From a bacterium (lineage in GTDB: Bacteria > Bacteroidota > Ignavibacteria > UBA10030), in assembly GCA_043803945.1 (NCBI GenBank), contig JAZDJN010000087.1, positions 288,001 through 352,000 on the forward strand: 64,000 nt of DNA, written 5' to 3'. Position numbers and translations under genes: made by a program. A model generated the notes under the pieces. That model was given only the letters and a program-made list of their open reading frames with translations. It was not told the DNA's origin and searched no databases. Shown in pieces: positions 38,641-48,701 of the stretch (position 1 is its first letter; every line of letters begins with the position of its first letter).

Positions 38641-38716
38641 CAACCGCTTAGGGATAATGTCCAATCAAACGGTGTCAGAGTGGTTATATTTGCACACCAA
38701 TATTCTTCCCCTGGTG

Positions 38717-39496
38717 TTACTCGGCTTTGCCAAGCAATTCCGGCAGATTGCTGCGATATCCCCGGCTCATTGTTAATTGTGTGCCGTCTTTCAGAATAAC
38801 AACGTAGTCGCCATGAAACCAGGGCTGCAATTCCTTAATCCTATCGATGTTAACGAATGTGGATCGATGAATGCGAAGGAATTTCGATTGATCGAGTTTT
38901 TTCTGAATCCCGTTCATTGTTTCACGAACCAGGTGCGACATGCTGCCCATATGCAACCGCACATAATTTCCCGATGCCTCGATCCAATCAATATCGTCCG
39001 TTTTGATGAAAAATATTTTCCCCTCCGATTTGACTGCGAGACGGTCTATCATTTTCCCTTTCGCCTTTATCTCACCGAGAAGCGAGAGCAATTTTTCCGA
39101 GAGTGCTTGTGCCTGGCCCTTTGATAGCTGCTGGCGGGCTTGCTCCACGGCATTGTGAAACCGGTCGCGATCAAACGGTTTGAGCAAATAGTCGACCGCA
39201 TGCACCTCGAACGCACGAATTGCATACTGGTCGTACGCCGTCACAAAGATGACCGCTGGAAGGTGTTCCTTCTGCAGGGCATTGAGCACACCGAATCCGT
39301 CAAGCTCGGGCATCTGAATGTCGAGAAAGAGGAGGTCGGGTTTTTTCGATCGAATCATCTCAACGGCTTCCTGTCCGTTTGTACATTCTCCGATGAGTTC
39401 TATTCCCGTTTCTTTCTTCAGCAAATTGACAATTTTCTGTCGAGCAGGCGGTTCGTCATCAACGACAAGAGCGCGTATTATCTTTTGTGGTTTCAC
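38717..39496 (-). CDS. LytTR-family response regulator
   Basis: ALVVDDEPPAR, LFLDIQMPELDG, IFVTAYDQYA, DYLLKPF; LytTR domain IDWIEASGNYV, FLRIHRSTFVN, LTMSRGY. Start probably GTG 39496 (ORF track 39550). Confidence 0.93.
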   Translation of the reverse strand: MKPQKIIRALVVDDEPPARQKIVNLLKKETGIELIGECTNGQEAVEMIRSKKPDLLFLDIQMPELDGFGVLNALQKEHLPAVIFVTAYDQYAIRAFEVHAVDYLLKPFDRDRFHNAVEQARQQLSKGQAQALSEKLLSLLGEIKAKGKMIDRLAVKSEGKIFFIKTDDIDWIEASGNYVRLHMGSMSHLVRETMNGIQKKLDQSKFLRIHRSTFVNIDRIKELQPWFHGDYVVILKDGTQLTMSRGYRSNLPELLGKAE

Positions 39497-39734
39497 GCAG
39501 AAGTTCTTTCGTCTGTGGTGGATGGTTGCTGCATTGTTTTGACGTCTCATACATCGTAAAGTTTCATGCCTCCAAGGAACAACTCTCCGGGATTGTGCAC
39601 TCCAGGGAACCAGTTGAAAAGAATAGAAAATAATGTAACCACGAAGAAGACACGAAGGAAAAAACGAAATACCTTTAAATCAATTTACGTATTTACTCAG
39701 CACATTCAAAAGTCCATCGTGTTTTTTTTCTATA

Positions 39735-39892
39735 TCCCCCTTTGCCAAAGGGGGGTTGGCCCGCTCCGCCGAAGCGGGAGCGAGGCTGGAGGGGGATTTC
39801 TCGGAAATCTGCAAAATATTTCTCGATCATATCTTCCGACATGCGGACAGAATGAATATCAAATCCCCCTTACCCCCTTTACGAAAGGGGGA
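39735..39892. repeat. REP-like inverted doublet
   Basis: TCCCCCTTTGCCAAAGGGGG...GGGGGATT and AATCCCCCTTACCCCCTTTACGAAAGGGGGA, with a GC hairpin inserted in the left copy. Confidence 0.65.
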
Positions 39893-39910
39893 ATTTACTT
39901 AGCACACGTA

Positions 39911-40076
39911 CTAGAAACCTGAACGAAAAGTCCAACCACGAAGGACACTAAGGACTCGAAGATTAAGAAAGAGAAAAGAGCTCTTAAAAATTTAATCAAT
40001 TCAACAGCTTTTCCTTTGTGTCCTTGGTGAACTTTGTGGTTTGATTATGTTCTTAACTTTTCGTCCATGTTTCTAG
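39911..40076. repeat. MITE-like element with CTAG-ended terminal inverted repeats
   Basis: CTAGAAACCTGAACGAAAAGT / ACTTTTCGTCCATGTTTCTAG (19 of 21 complementary), enclosing ACCACGAAGGACACTAAGG...CCTTGGTGAACTTTGTGGT. Confidence 0.65.
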
Positions 40077-40196
40077 AACGTTTACAAGGGAAGTAAAATT
40101 ACCTATATTCATCCGAAACGAGCGAGTCCAAGGTTCAAGAACAATTCATTGGCCTCCAGATCGACGCATAAAACAAGAGAGGATTAACGAAGAGTT

Positions 40197-41207
40197 GTGA
40201 TAGAGACGAAGAAGATGCAAATCTCTCCCGATCATCCCGAGCTGGAAATTATCGAGTATGCCGCAGGGGTATTGCGAAATGGAGGAGTCGTTGCTTTTCC
40301 CACCGAGACAGTGTACGGACTTGGTGCGGATGTTTTGAACCTCGATGCCGTTCGAAAAGTCTTTCAGGCGAAAGGCCGCCCCTCAGACAATCCTTTGATT
40401 GTCCATGTTGCGCCGAAAATTGACCTTGAAGAGATCATTGATGAATACCCTGAGAAGGGTGTGCTGCTGGCACAGAAATTCTGGCCCGGACCGTTGACGC
40501 TTGTTGTGAAGCGAACAATTCTCATCTCCGATCTTGTCACTGCATCGCTGGATACCGTTGCCGTTCGAATGCCCGCTCATCCGGTGGCCCTTGCGCTGAT
40601 CGATGCACTCGGTGAGGGATTGGTTGGGCCTAGCGCCAATATCTCCGGGCGCCCGAGTCCAACAACCGCTCAACATGTCTTGGATGATCTGAGGGGAAGA
40701 ATCGACCTCATTCTCGATGCCGGTCCGACAATAATTGGACTCGAATCGACTGTGGTCGATGTGACCATTGATCCGCCGGCAATACTGCGGTTTGGAGGAT
40801 TACCTCAGGAACTGATCGAAGAGTGTATCGGACCTGTACAGATCGGGTTGACAAGCGATTTGCAAAAGCGTTCACCCGGCTTGCGGCACCGCCATTATGC
40901 ACCCCGTGCAAAAGTTGTTCTCATCCGGTATGAAGATGAAGCAGGATTCGTGGAACAATTGCAGCATTATCGACTTCAGGGAAAGCAGGTGGGGAGTATC
41001 ATCAATTCTGCATTGCTGGCGAGAGTTGAGTCAGGATTGTACAAAAGAGCGTTACCATCCTCTATCGAAGTATTCGCACGATATCTTTTTAGAACGCTCC
41101 GTGAGTTGGATGCCCTCGGTGTTGATGTAATTCTCATTGAAGGAGTGAAAGAAGAAGGTTTGGGAGTCGCTGTAATGGATCGGTTGCGAAGAGCCGCGCA
41201 GGATTAA
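40197..41207 (+). CDS. sua5: L-threonylcarbamoyladenylate synthase (Sua5 type)
   Basis: VAFPTETVYGLGA, AKGRPSDNPLIVHV, FWPGPLT, PSANISGRPSPT, GLESTVVD, SPG...RHYAP, AVMDRL.RA. Confidence 0.95.
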   Translation: MIETKKMQISPDHPELEIIEYAAGVLRNGGVVAFPTETVYGLGADVLNLDAVRKVFQAKGRPSDNPLIVHVAPKIDLEEIIDEYPEKGVLLAQKFWPGPLTLVVKRTILISDLVTASLDTVAVRMPAHPVALALIDALGEGLVGPSANISGRPSPTTAQHVLDDLRGRIDLILDAGPTIIGLESTVVDVTIDPPAILRFGGLPQELIEECIGPVQIGLTSDLQKRSPGLRHRHYAPRAKVVLIRYEDEAGFVEQLQHYRLQGKQVGSIINSALLARVESGLYKRALPSSIEVFARYLFRTLRELDALGVDVILIEGVKEEGLGVAVMDRLRRAAQD

Positions 41208-41257
41208 GACAAGCTCTAGTCTTTACCAAATTTTGTTTGGTAGCCCCCACCATAGTA

Positions 41258-41629
41258 TTAGATCTGCCAGAGCCTCTCAATGGCTGCATCGAGTGTTGGC
41301 AGAAAGAAAATCTGATTTCTCCTATTACTCTCCAGGATGAATGCCTGAAGGCTCACACTTGAGTATTTTGAGAAGTTGCCCACCATGGCGATTTGGACCA
41401 TATAGTTTGTGAACTTCTGTAAAATTTCACCTGCAAGACCTGTGCTGAGATTGAAAAAATCCGATGTAACATTTTCTTCGTGAAAAATTATTTTCCTTGC
41501 ACCATGATCGTCCGCGGTCATCATAATATCCAAAGCCTCCTGAACATTAGAGAGAATAACTCCCACTGCTTGAATTTCTGCTATCGTTAAATGATTTCTC
41601 TCATGGAGTATGATGGTCATGGAAATCAC
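41258..41629 (-). CDS. DUF4180 domain protein
   Basis: DFFNLSTGLAGEILQKF.NY, VGNFS.Y.S.SL.AFI.ESNR. Confidence 0.85.
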   Translation of the reverse strand: MISMTIILHERNHLTIAEIQAVGVILSNVQEALDIMMTADDHGARKIIFHEENVTSDFFNLSTGLAGEILQKFTNYMVQIAMVGNFSKYSSVSLQAFILESNRRNQIFFLPTLDAAIERLWQI

Positions 41630-41879
41630 TTCCTTCTGGACTATTCCATTTTCGTAGAATACGCAGTAGATCCGAGTGCGATTTGCGCCCTTTCATTCCG
41701 AATCCACCTCTCTTGTGTTTAAGGTGCAGATTTTATTGAAGGTAATTAAGAATTTGTGAAAAAAAAGGGAACAGATGGGCAACTCTCGACACAATGGAAC
41801 ATAGTTTACTCGGGAGTGTTCTTTTGGAATTTTTGGTTATATTAATACCCCATTTTGACAAAGACACATAAGGCTGCAA

Positions 41880-42596
41880 ATGACCCATTTGAATGTTGAA
41901 ATCATAGAACAATTTGCCCGTTTAGATCCGCATCGTGAAAAACGAACCGGTATCCCTGAAGCGGTGTTTGCCGAAGGGAAAAGCTGCAGGCAGGTTATTG
42001 CAGCAGTGCGGAGACTCGCTGAAAAATCTGGCTCAGGGCTCGCAACACGTGTTGAAAAGAAATGTGCCAAGGAAATTTTAAAAACACTCAAAGTCAAATT
42101 CCAAGTTCATTACAATGCCATTGCCCGTACTGTAGTGGTTGCGTCGAAAAAGAGGCAGCGAATCCTCGGGGGCACAATCGCCGTCCTGGCAGCAGGTACA
42201 TCGGATCTGCCTGTAGCCGAGGAGGCAAAGGTGACCGCTGAGATGATGGGATGTACTGTTCTCGCCTATTACGATGTGGGTATTGCAGGAATTCACCGTC
42301 TCTTAGATCCATTAAGGGAGATTCATCTTCAAGATGTTGCCGCTCTGGTTGTTGTGGCGGGAATGGAAGGAGCTCTCCCATCGGTTGTTCGAGGGCTCGT
42401 CGCTGTTCCTGTGATCGGTGTACCGACAAGTACGGGGTATGGATTTGGCGGGCAGGGGAAAGGCGCTTTAATGACTATGCTGCAATCGTGTGCACCGGGA
42501 TTGACCGTGGTGAATATCGATAATGGATTCGGCGCCGGCGCGACGGCGGCATTGATTGCGAATCGGCTGGCAGCAGCATCAAGGGAAAAGAAATAA
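41880..42596 (+). CDS. larB: Nickel-pincer cofactor biosynthesis protein LarB
   Basis: ARLD..RE.RTG.PE.VF.EGK, AGTSDLPVAEEA, DVGIAGIHRL, AGMEGALPSVV, VPTSTGYG, VNIDNGFGA. Confidence 0.92.
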   Translation: MTHLNVEIIEQFARLDPHREKRTGIPEAVFAEGKSCRQVIAAVRRLAEKSGSGLATRVEKKCAKEILKTLKVKFQVHYNAIARTVVVASKKRQRILGGTIAVLAAGTSDLPVAEEAKVTAEMMGCTVLAYYDVGIAGIHRLLDPLREIHLQDVAALVVVAGMEGALPSVVRGLVAVPVIGVPTSTGYGFGGQGKGALMTMLQSCAPGLTVVNIDNGFGAGATAALIANRLAAASREKK

Positions 42597-42620
42597 TTCC
42601 ACAGACAATACGGAGAGAGT

Positions 42621-43103
42621 ATGAAACAGTCTATGGCATTGGTTGGTATCATGGTTGGAAGCAGTTCCGATACAGAAGCGATGGAGCCGGCCCGGGTAAT
42701 ACTGAAAGAATTCGGCATTGCATTTGAGTTCAATGTCCTCTCGGCGCATCGCACACCGGATCACGCATTGCGCTACGCTGCAGAAGCTGAAGGGCGGGGG
42801 ATTGAGGTGATTATTGCTGCGGCAGGCGGTGCAGCTCATTTACCCGGTGTAGTGGCAGCGAAGACTCTCCTTCCGGTCATTGGTGTACCGATTAAATCGA
42901 AAGCCCTCAATGGCCTCGACTCGCTTCTCTCCATCGTTCAGATGCCACAGGGAATCCCCGTGGCAACAGTCGCGATTGATGGAGCTGGTAATGCTGCTCT
43001 TCTTGCCATTGCGATCCTCTCTGGTAAGTATCCGGAGCTGAGAAAAAAAATTCTTGACTACAGGAAGAAACTTGAAGAAAAGGTTCTCAGCGCAAACGGC
43101 TAG
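42621..43103 (+). CDS. purE: N5-CAIR mutase
   Basis: [50 protein letters not shown]. Confidence 0.95.
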   Translation: MKQSMALVGIMVGSSSDTEAMEPARVILKEFGIAFEFNVLSAHRTPDHALRYAAEAEGRGIEVIIAAAGGAAHLPGVVAAKTLLPVIGVPIKSKALNGLDSLLSIVQMPQGIPVATVAIDGAGNAALLAIAILSGKYPELRKKILDYRKKLEEKVLSANG

Positions 43104-43365
43104 CGATTGAGCGATTTTATGGTATGATGTTCTTTCTCATTTATTCCAATGGATTAAGAACCTTTTGAGTGACGCAGGGTTATTCTCGAATTAGAGAATT
43201 ATCGTGGTGCCGCGAATGACAGGGAGCAACAAATCTCATATCCATCCTTAATGAGAGCAAATAACACAAAATGAGATTGGTAAAACATTTTGAATCGATG
43301 ATATCTTTTAAGTACATTTATCTGTCATCAATTTCTCCCGAAAAGAATAAAGGGGTAAGCCGCCG

Positions 43366-44013
43366 ATGAGACTCGACCATTTTATTCAAAAACTCCTACC
43401 GCATGATGAGATGTTTTATACCTATTTTGAGCAGGCAACACAAAACTTGGTACGTGCAGCAGACCTGTTAAAGCAGCTTATTTTGGAGACTGATCCCGCC
43501 ATACAAAAAAGCCTGGTGGATAGAATAAAAGATGTGGAACACGATGGCGATGATGTTGCCCATAAAATCTTCTCGGAGTTAAATGCAACATTTGTTACAC
43601 CCTTCGATCGAGAGGACATTCATCACTTGACATCCTCGCTCGATGATATTCTGGATCAAATGAATGGATGTGCAGGGAGAATTACTTTATATAAGATCAA
43701 CGAGATTCCAGAGTCCATGCATCGGCTTATCGATATTCTTCGATATTCTATCAAAGAATTAGATCGGGGTGTCACACTCCTTCGAAAATTGCACGAGTCC
43801 GATGAACTCCAGCAGGTGTTCAAGAAAGTCAATGAATATGAGAATGACGCAGATGATGTTTTTGAAGTCGCAATTGCCGATCTTTTCGAAAAGGAGAAAG
43901 ATCCGATACGCATCATCAAATTAAAAGAAGTATTCGTCGGCCTTGAGACTGCTACCGATAAGTGCGAGGATGCTGCAAACGTTCTTGAAGGAATTTACAT
44001 AAAACATGCTTAG
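43366..44013 (+). CDS. DUF47 / PhoU-like phosphate transport regulator
   Basis: IK..EHDGD, LNATFVTPFDREDI..L...LDDI.D, EN.AD, LETATDKCEDAANV; directly upstream of pit. Confidence 0.9.
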   Translation: MRLDHFIQKLLPHDEMFYTYFEQATQNLVRAADLLKQLILETDPAIQKSLVDRIKDVEHDGDDVAHKIFSELNATFVTPFDREDIHHLTSSLDDILDQMNGCAGRITLYKINEIPESMHRLIDILRYSIKELDRGVTLLRKLHESDELQQVFKKVNEYENDADDVFEVAIADLFEKEKDPIRIIKLKEVFVGLETATDKCEDAANVLEGIYIKHA

Positions 44014-44145
44014 CGCTGCAAACAGTGATTCGCACTGTACAGTTCGATCGAGTAGCCATCGAACACGTTCTGCCTGCTCAGGTCGATCAAGCCTTATCTT
44101 CACCAACTGATAACGACGCCAATAATTTTCTCTGGATTCGTCAAT

Positions 44146-45129
44146 ATGACTCTCATCATCACTGGAATATTCATAGCGCTTGTCTTTGATTTCCTGAATG
44201 GGTTTCATGATTCAGCAAACTCGATTGCGACGATTGTCTCTACACATGTTTTGACACCCAGGAAAGCGGTTCTCTTTGCTGCTTTCTTTAACCTGGTCGC
44301 AGCGTTTATGTTCGATGTCCATGTAGCTAAAACTATTGGAAAAGGCCTGGTTGATTTGAAGCAGGTCAATGAGTTTGTCCTCCTTTCTGGTCTGATTGGT
44401 GCCATCGTCTGGAACATTATTACTTGGTATTTAGGGCTTCCGACAAGTTCATCCCACGCACTCATGGGAGGTATGGCGGGGGCGGCCATCGCAAAAGCAG
44501 GATTCGGTGCTATCCTATATAGTGGATGGACTATGACAATCATTTTTATTGCTGTTGCACCGCTTATGGGGATGTTGATGAGCTTTATCTTGATGGCAAG
44601 CCTCATGTGGATATTCCATAATCGTCCATCTGCAAAAATTAATAAGACATTTCGAAGACTCCAGCTACTTTCTGCTGCACTTTACAGCCTGGGTCATGGC
44701 ACGAACGATGCGCAGAAAACCATGGGGATTATTACCGGCATGCTTGTCACCGCAGGATTTCTCTCGACATTTGAAGTCCCTTTTTGGGTTATCTTATTAT
44801 CGCATACTGCAATAGCACTAGGAACACTCTTTGGTGGATGGCGCATAGTCAAAACAATGGGTCAGAAGATCACGAAGCTCAAGCCGTCAGGAGGATTCTG
44901 CGCTGAAACGGCTGGTGGCATAACACTGCTTGTTACGGCATTCGCAGGTATTTCTGTGAGTACAACACATACCATCACCGGAGCAATTATGGGGGTTGGG
45001 GCAACGAAACGGCTTTCTGCAGTACGCTGGGGTCTGGCAGGAAATATTATTACAGCGTGGATTCTTACAATTCCACTTTCCGGATTGGTCGGAGCAGTAT
45101 CCTATCTCGTTATCTCGTTGTTTCTTTAG
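44146..45129 (+). CDS. pit: Inorganic phosphate transporter, PiT family
   Basis: FDFLNGFHDSANSIAT, GLPTSSSHAL.GG, HGTNDAQKTMG, GGWRIVKTMG, VSTTHTITGAIMGVG. Confidence 0.93.
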   Translation: MTLIITGIFIALVFDFLNGFHDSANSIATIVSTHVLTPRKAVLFAAFFNLVAAFMFDVHVAKTIGKGLVDLKQVNEFVLLSGLIGAIVWNIITWYLGLPTSSSHALMGGMAGAAIAKAGFGAILYSGWTMTIIFIAVAPLMGMLMSFILMASLMWIFHNRPSAKINKTFRRLQLLSAALYSLGHGTNDAQKTMGIITGMLVTAGFLSTFEVPFWVILLSHTAIALGTLFGGWRIVKTMGQKITKLKPSGGFCAETAGGITLLVTAFAGISVSTTHTITGAIMGVGATKRLSAVRWGLAGNIITAWILTIPLSGLVGAVSYLVISLFL

Positions 45130-45171
45130 CACCAAAGGATTATATTTCGTCAGACAACGAAATGAGAAACG

Positions 45172-45525
45172 ATGGCAACCTATAAAGAACTGGCTGAATT
45201 CTATTACGCGATAGCAGACCCAAAGAGAACTAAAATATTGAATCTCTTACGCGTGCGATCACTCTGTGTTTGTGAAATTACTGAATTGGTGGGATTGGCG
45301 ACCTCAACAGTCTCTGAGCATCTCAAGATTTTAAAGAAAGCAGATCTCATTCTGCAGGAGAAGGATGGAAAGTGGGTTAATTATACTTTGAATCTCAAGT
45401 CACGGAAGAACCATGTAGCAGCACTCCTTGCCAACTTCGACACTGTGCTGAAATCCGATGAATTTGTGTCACACGATGCGCAACTCGTCCAACGCGTAGA
45501 CCGTTATAAACTCTGCTCCATCTGA
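45172..45525 (+). CDS. arsR: ArsR-family transcriptional repressor
   Basis: AIADPKRTKIL, LCVCEI (alpha3 As-binding motif), STVSEHLKIL, GKWVNY; heads the ars operon. Confidence 0.88.
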   Translation: MATYKELAEFYYAIADPKRTKILNLLRVRSLCVCEITELVGLATSTVSEHLKILKKADLILQEKDGKWVNYTLNLKSRKNHVAALLANFDTVLKSDEFVSHDAQLVQRVDRYKLCSI

Positions 45526-45582
45526 TTTTTTTTGCCTTATCATTTCGTCTGATGACGAAACAAGGAAGACTGAAGGCCTCCT

Positions 45583-46884
45583 ATGAATTGGAAAGAGGAA
45601 ATAAAATATTTGGTTTGGATTGTCGGCGGTTTCGTTCTTGCATTTTACCTTCCGACAAGCAACCTTGTTTTTCAAAATGCTGTCAATGAATCTCTTGCAT
45701 TACTCAAATGGTATGCGCGGGAACATGTACTGCTCTGTTTAGTGCCGGCGTTTTTTATAGCCGGTGTGATTTCTGTATTTGTCAGTCAAGCGGCAGTGAT
45801 TAGATATTTTGGAGCCCGGTCGAAGAAGTGGCTTGCCTACCTCGTGGCTTCAGTTTCAGGAACAATCCTTGCTGTTTGTTCATGCACAGTGCTGCCGCTA
45901 TTCTCTGGAATCCATAAGCGTGGGGCGGGGCTCGGTCCGGCGATTGCATTTCTTTATTCCGGTCCGGCGATCAACATTCTAGCGATTATCCTCACGGCGA
46001 GAATTCTCGGACTTGAGATGGGTGTCGCACGAATTGTTGGCGCTGTTTCTTTCAGTGTAATCATCGGTTTGATCATGGCGTTTATTTATCGAAAAGAAGA
46101 ACAGATGAAAGAAGAGCAGCAGCTTGCACTTCCGGAAGTGGAAGAAAAGCGCCCGCTCTGGCAAACAGCCACACATTTCTTCATTCTCGTTGCCATTCTC
46201 GTTTTCGCAAACTGGGGATCGCCAGGAACAACAGATGGTTTCTGGTATAGCATCTTTGCCAATAAGTGGTACATCACTGTTCTCTTCAGCGTTGGATTTG
46301 CTCTTTCACTCATATTCATCCTTAAGCTTGGGAAGGATCAGGTACTCCTCGCTTCAATTGCAGTCCTCCTCGCCTCAATCATTTGGGGATCGAATCCCAT
46401 GATACCGTTCATCGTCGCTGTCCTTGCGACATCAATTATTCTTACGAGGTCTAAGGGCGAAGGAGAGGAATGGATGCATGAGACATGGTCATTCGCAAAA
46501 CAGATATTACCGCTTCTCGCAGGTGGTGTGCTGCTTGCGGGGTTTTTACTTGGGGGGCCAATCACAAAACAAGGTATTATCCCAAATGATTGGATTGCAT
46601 CACTTGTCGGTGGGAACAGTCTCTTTGCGAATTTTTTCGCCGCGATCGTCGGTGCATTTATGTATTTCGCAACACTGACGGAAGTACCGATTGTCCAAGG
46701 CCTGATGAATGGCGGAATGGGAAAAGGCCCGGCATTGGCACTGCTGCTTGCCGGCCCGGCATTATCCTTACCGAGTATGCTTGTCATTCGTGGTGTAATC
46801 GGCACTCAGAAAACAGTTGTCTACGTTTCCCTTGTGGTAGTCATGGCGACAATAAGTGGTATGATCTTCGGAGCGTTATATTAA
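45583..46884 (+). CDS. Permease, ArsP/DUF318 family
   Basis: HVLLCLVPAFFIAG, AVCSCTVLPLF, GPAIAFLYSGPAIN, YFATLTEVPI, GPALALLLAGPALSLPS. Confidence 0.85.
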   Translation: MNWKEEIKYLVWIVGGFVLAFYLPTSNLVFQNAVNESLALLKWYAREHVLLCLVPAFFIAGVISVFVSQAAVIRYFGARSKKWLAYLVASVSGTILAVCSCTVLPLFSGIHKRGAGLGPAIAFLYSGPAINILAIILTARILGLEMGVARIVGAVSFSVIIGLIMAFIYRKEEQMKEEQQLALPEVEEKRPLWQTATHFFILVAILVFANWGSPGTTDGFWYSIFANKWYITVLFSVGFALSLIFILKLGKDQVLLASIAVLLASIIWGSNPMIPFIVAVLATSIILTRSKGEGEEWMHETWSFAKQILPLLAGGVLLAGFLLGGPITKQGIIPNDWIASLVGGNSLFANFFAAIVGAFMYFATLTEVPIVQGLMNGGMGKGPALALLLAGPALSLPSMLVIRGVIGTQKTVVYVSLVVVMATISGMIFGALY

Positions 46885-46941
46885 GAGAAGTGGTTCTGAG
46901 TTACACGGACTATTCGCCTAATTCAAGAAAGGAGCAGATGT

Positions 46942-47187
46942 ATGCTTGATATCAAAGTCCTTGGTCCTGGTTGTGCAAATTGCCATAAAGTTGAAACACT
47001 AGTTCGTGAAATTGTGTCTGAGCATAAGATTGAGGCGACTATTGAAAAGGTAACTGATAGAAACCGCTTTCTCGACTATGGTGTGATGCTGACTCCCGGC
47101 CTCTGGGTCAATGGAAAACTGTTGAGCAGCGGTAAGATCCCTACGAAAAGTACAATGGAACATTGGCTGCTCGATGCTGCGAAGTAA
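46942..47187 (+). CDS. Small redox-active disulfide protein 2 (MTH895-like thioredoxin)
   Basis: IKVLGPGCANC, YGVMLTPGL.VNG....GKIP. Confidence 0.88.
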   Translation: MLDIKVLGPGCANCHKVETLVREIVSEHKIEATIEKVTDRNRFLDYGVMLTPGLWVNGKLLSSGKIPTKSTMEHWLLDAAK

Positions 47188-47209
47188 TTCATCGAATATG
47201 GAGCGATTG

Positions 47210-47449
47210 ATGAAAGTACAAATTCTTGGTACTGGTTGTACAAAATGCAGAACGCTGGAGGAACGTGTACGGCAGTTGGCAGCGATACATCAATTGCCTG
47301 TCGAAGTTGAAAAGATATCCAATCTTCATGAAATCATGAACTATGGAATCATGATGACACCCGGCCTGGTAATCGATGGTGTTGTTAAAAGTGTCGGCTC
47401 AATCCCTAAGGATGATCAATTGCTTATTTGGTTGAAAGGAACACAATAA
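47210..47449 (+). CDS. Small redox-active disulfide protein 2 (second copy)
   Basis: MKVQILGTGCTKC, YGIMMTPGLVIDG.VK..G.IP; ATG 47210. Confidence 0.88.
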   Translation: MKVQILGTGCTKCRTLEERVRQLAAIHQLPVEVEKISNLHEIMNYGIMMTPGLVIDGVVKSVGSIPKDDQLLIWLKGTQ

Positions 47450-47880
47450 TGGCAAGACAACTTCTGTCAATTATGGTAATCCTCATCATCTGCAATCTGG
47501 TTCTCTCTGCCCAATCGAAGAAATTACAAACGAAGAATACACAGGCACCGATCGTGAAAGATTCAAACAGCACAACGGCCAGTCCTCTAGTCACTTTTGT
47601 CGAACTTGGCTCGGTGACCTGCATTCCCTGTCAACAAATGCAGCCGGTGATGAAGGCTATTGAAGAAAAATACGGTGATCAGATTAACATTGTGTTCTAT
47701 GATGTCAGAAAAACTGATCAACAGCGATATGCGAAACAATATAAAGTGCGCGTAATCCCAACCCAGGTCTTTCTGAATAAGGAAGGAAAGGAGTTTTTTC
47801 GTCATGAGGGATTCTATCCAGAGAAGGAGATCGATCTCCTTTTGAAAAAGCAAGGTTTGAAAAATCTCAGCGGTGAATAG
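47449..47880 (+). CDS. Exported thioredoxin-family protein
   Basis: Signal peptide; ELGS.TCIPC, IPTQVFL...GKE.FRHEGF. Confidence 0.85.
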   Translation: MARQLLSIMVILIICNLVLSAQSKKLQTKNTQAPIVKDSNSTTASPLVTFVELGSVTCIPCQQMQPVMKAIEEKYGDQINIVFYDVRKTDQQRYAKQYKVRVIPTQVFLNKEGKEFFRHEGFYPEKEIDLLLKKQGLKNLSGE

Positions 47881-47882
47881 AT

Positions 47883-48584
47883 ATGTTGGAAAGTATTTTC
47901 AATTGGTTGTCGAATGCAATGAATGGGCAGTTCGAACTTGCACTCGTTGCGGCATTTGGATGGGGCGTGATTAGTATAGTCCTGAGTCCGTGCCATTTAT
48001 CGAGCATTCCGCTTGTGGTGGGATACATCAGCAGCCAGAACAGCCATGAAATGAATCATCCTTTCCGAATATCGTTTGTCTTTGGGATGGGCATCCTCAT
48101 CACCATTGGTTTGATTGGTACAATTACTGCGGCGTTAGGGCGAATGATGGGCGATGTCGGTGTTTGGGGTAATCTTTTTGTTGCAGCAGTATTCTTTATT
48201 GTTGGATTATATTTGATGGACATCATCAGTATCAACTGGAATAGTTTTACACCGAGTGCATCGCTCGCTCGCGGATGGAAAGGAGCGCTGCTGCTAGGAC
48301 TTCTCTTCGGCATTGGACTCGGTCCTTGCACCTTTGGCTTTATGGCTCCGGTGCTCGGCGTTGTGTTCAATGTTTCCGCAACCAATATCATACAGGCAAT
48401 TTCATTGTTGGCAGCTTTCGGGATCGGGCACTGTTTCGTTCTCGTATTGGCAGGCGGCACAGCAGGGACTGTACAAAAGTATCTCAATTGGACAGAGAAG
48501 ACAAAAGGCGCAACATATCTAAAACGCATCGCAGGTGCATTAGTGATGGTTGCAGGTATGTATTACCTCTATACGGCGTTATGA
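47883..48584 (+). CDS. ccdA: CcdA/DsbD-type transmembrane disulfide reductase
   Basis: LSPCHL..IPL.VGY and LGPCTF motifs, about six TM segments. Confidence 0.85.
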   Translation: MLESIFNWLSNAMNGQFELALVAAFGWGVISIVLSPCHLSSIPLVVGYISSQNSHEMNHPFRISFVFGMGILITIGLIGTITAALGRMMGDVGVWGNLFVAAVFFIVGLYLMDIISINWNSFTPSASLARGWKGALLLGLLFGIGLGPCTFGFMAPVLGVVFNVSATNIIQAISLLAAFGIGHCFVLVLAGGTAGTVQKYLNWTEKTKGATYLKRIAGALVMVAGMYYLYTAL

Positions 48585-48701
48585 GAGGATTACAGGAGTA
48601 TCAATGCTTAGTTATGCAGAGATGATAATATTCGCGCTGCATTCGTTGGATTGGCTGCAGAGAACTGCTGTTGATCACATCGTAGAAAACCGAGGTATCT
48701 G

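Noticed and set aside
39566-39922. 118-aa ORF (likewise 19754-20107)
   Set aside because: Runs through palindromic repeats, with no SD or protein-like composition.
43300-43335. Pho box upstream of DUF47-pit
   Set aside because: Only one good CTGTCAT half-site; the second is too degenerate.
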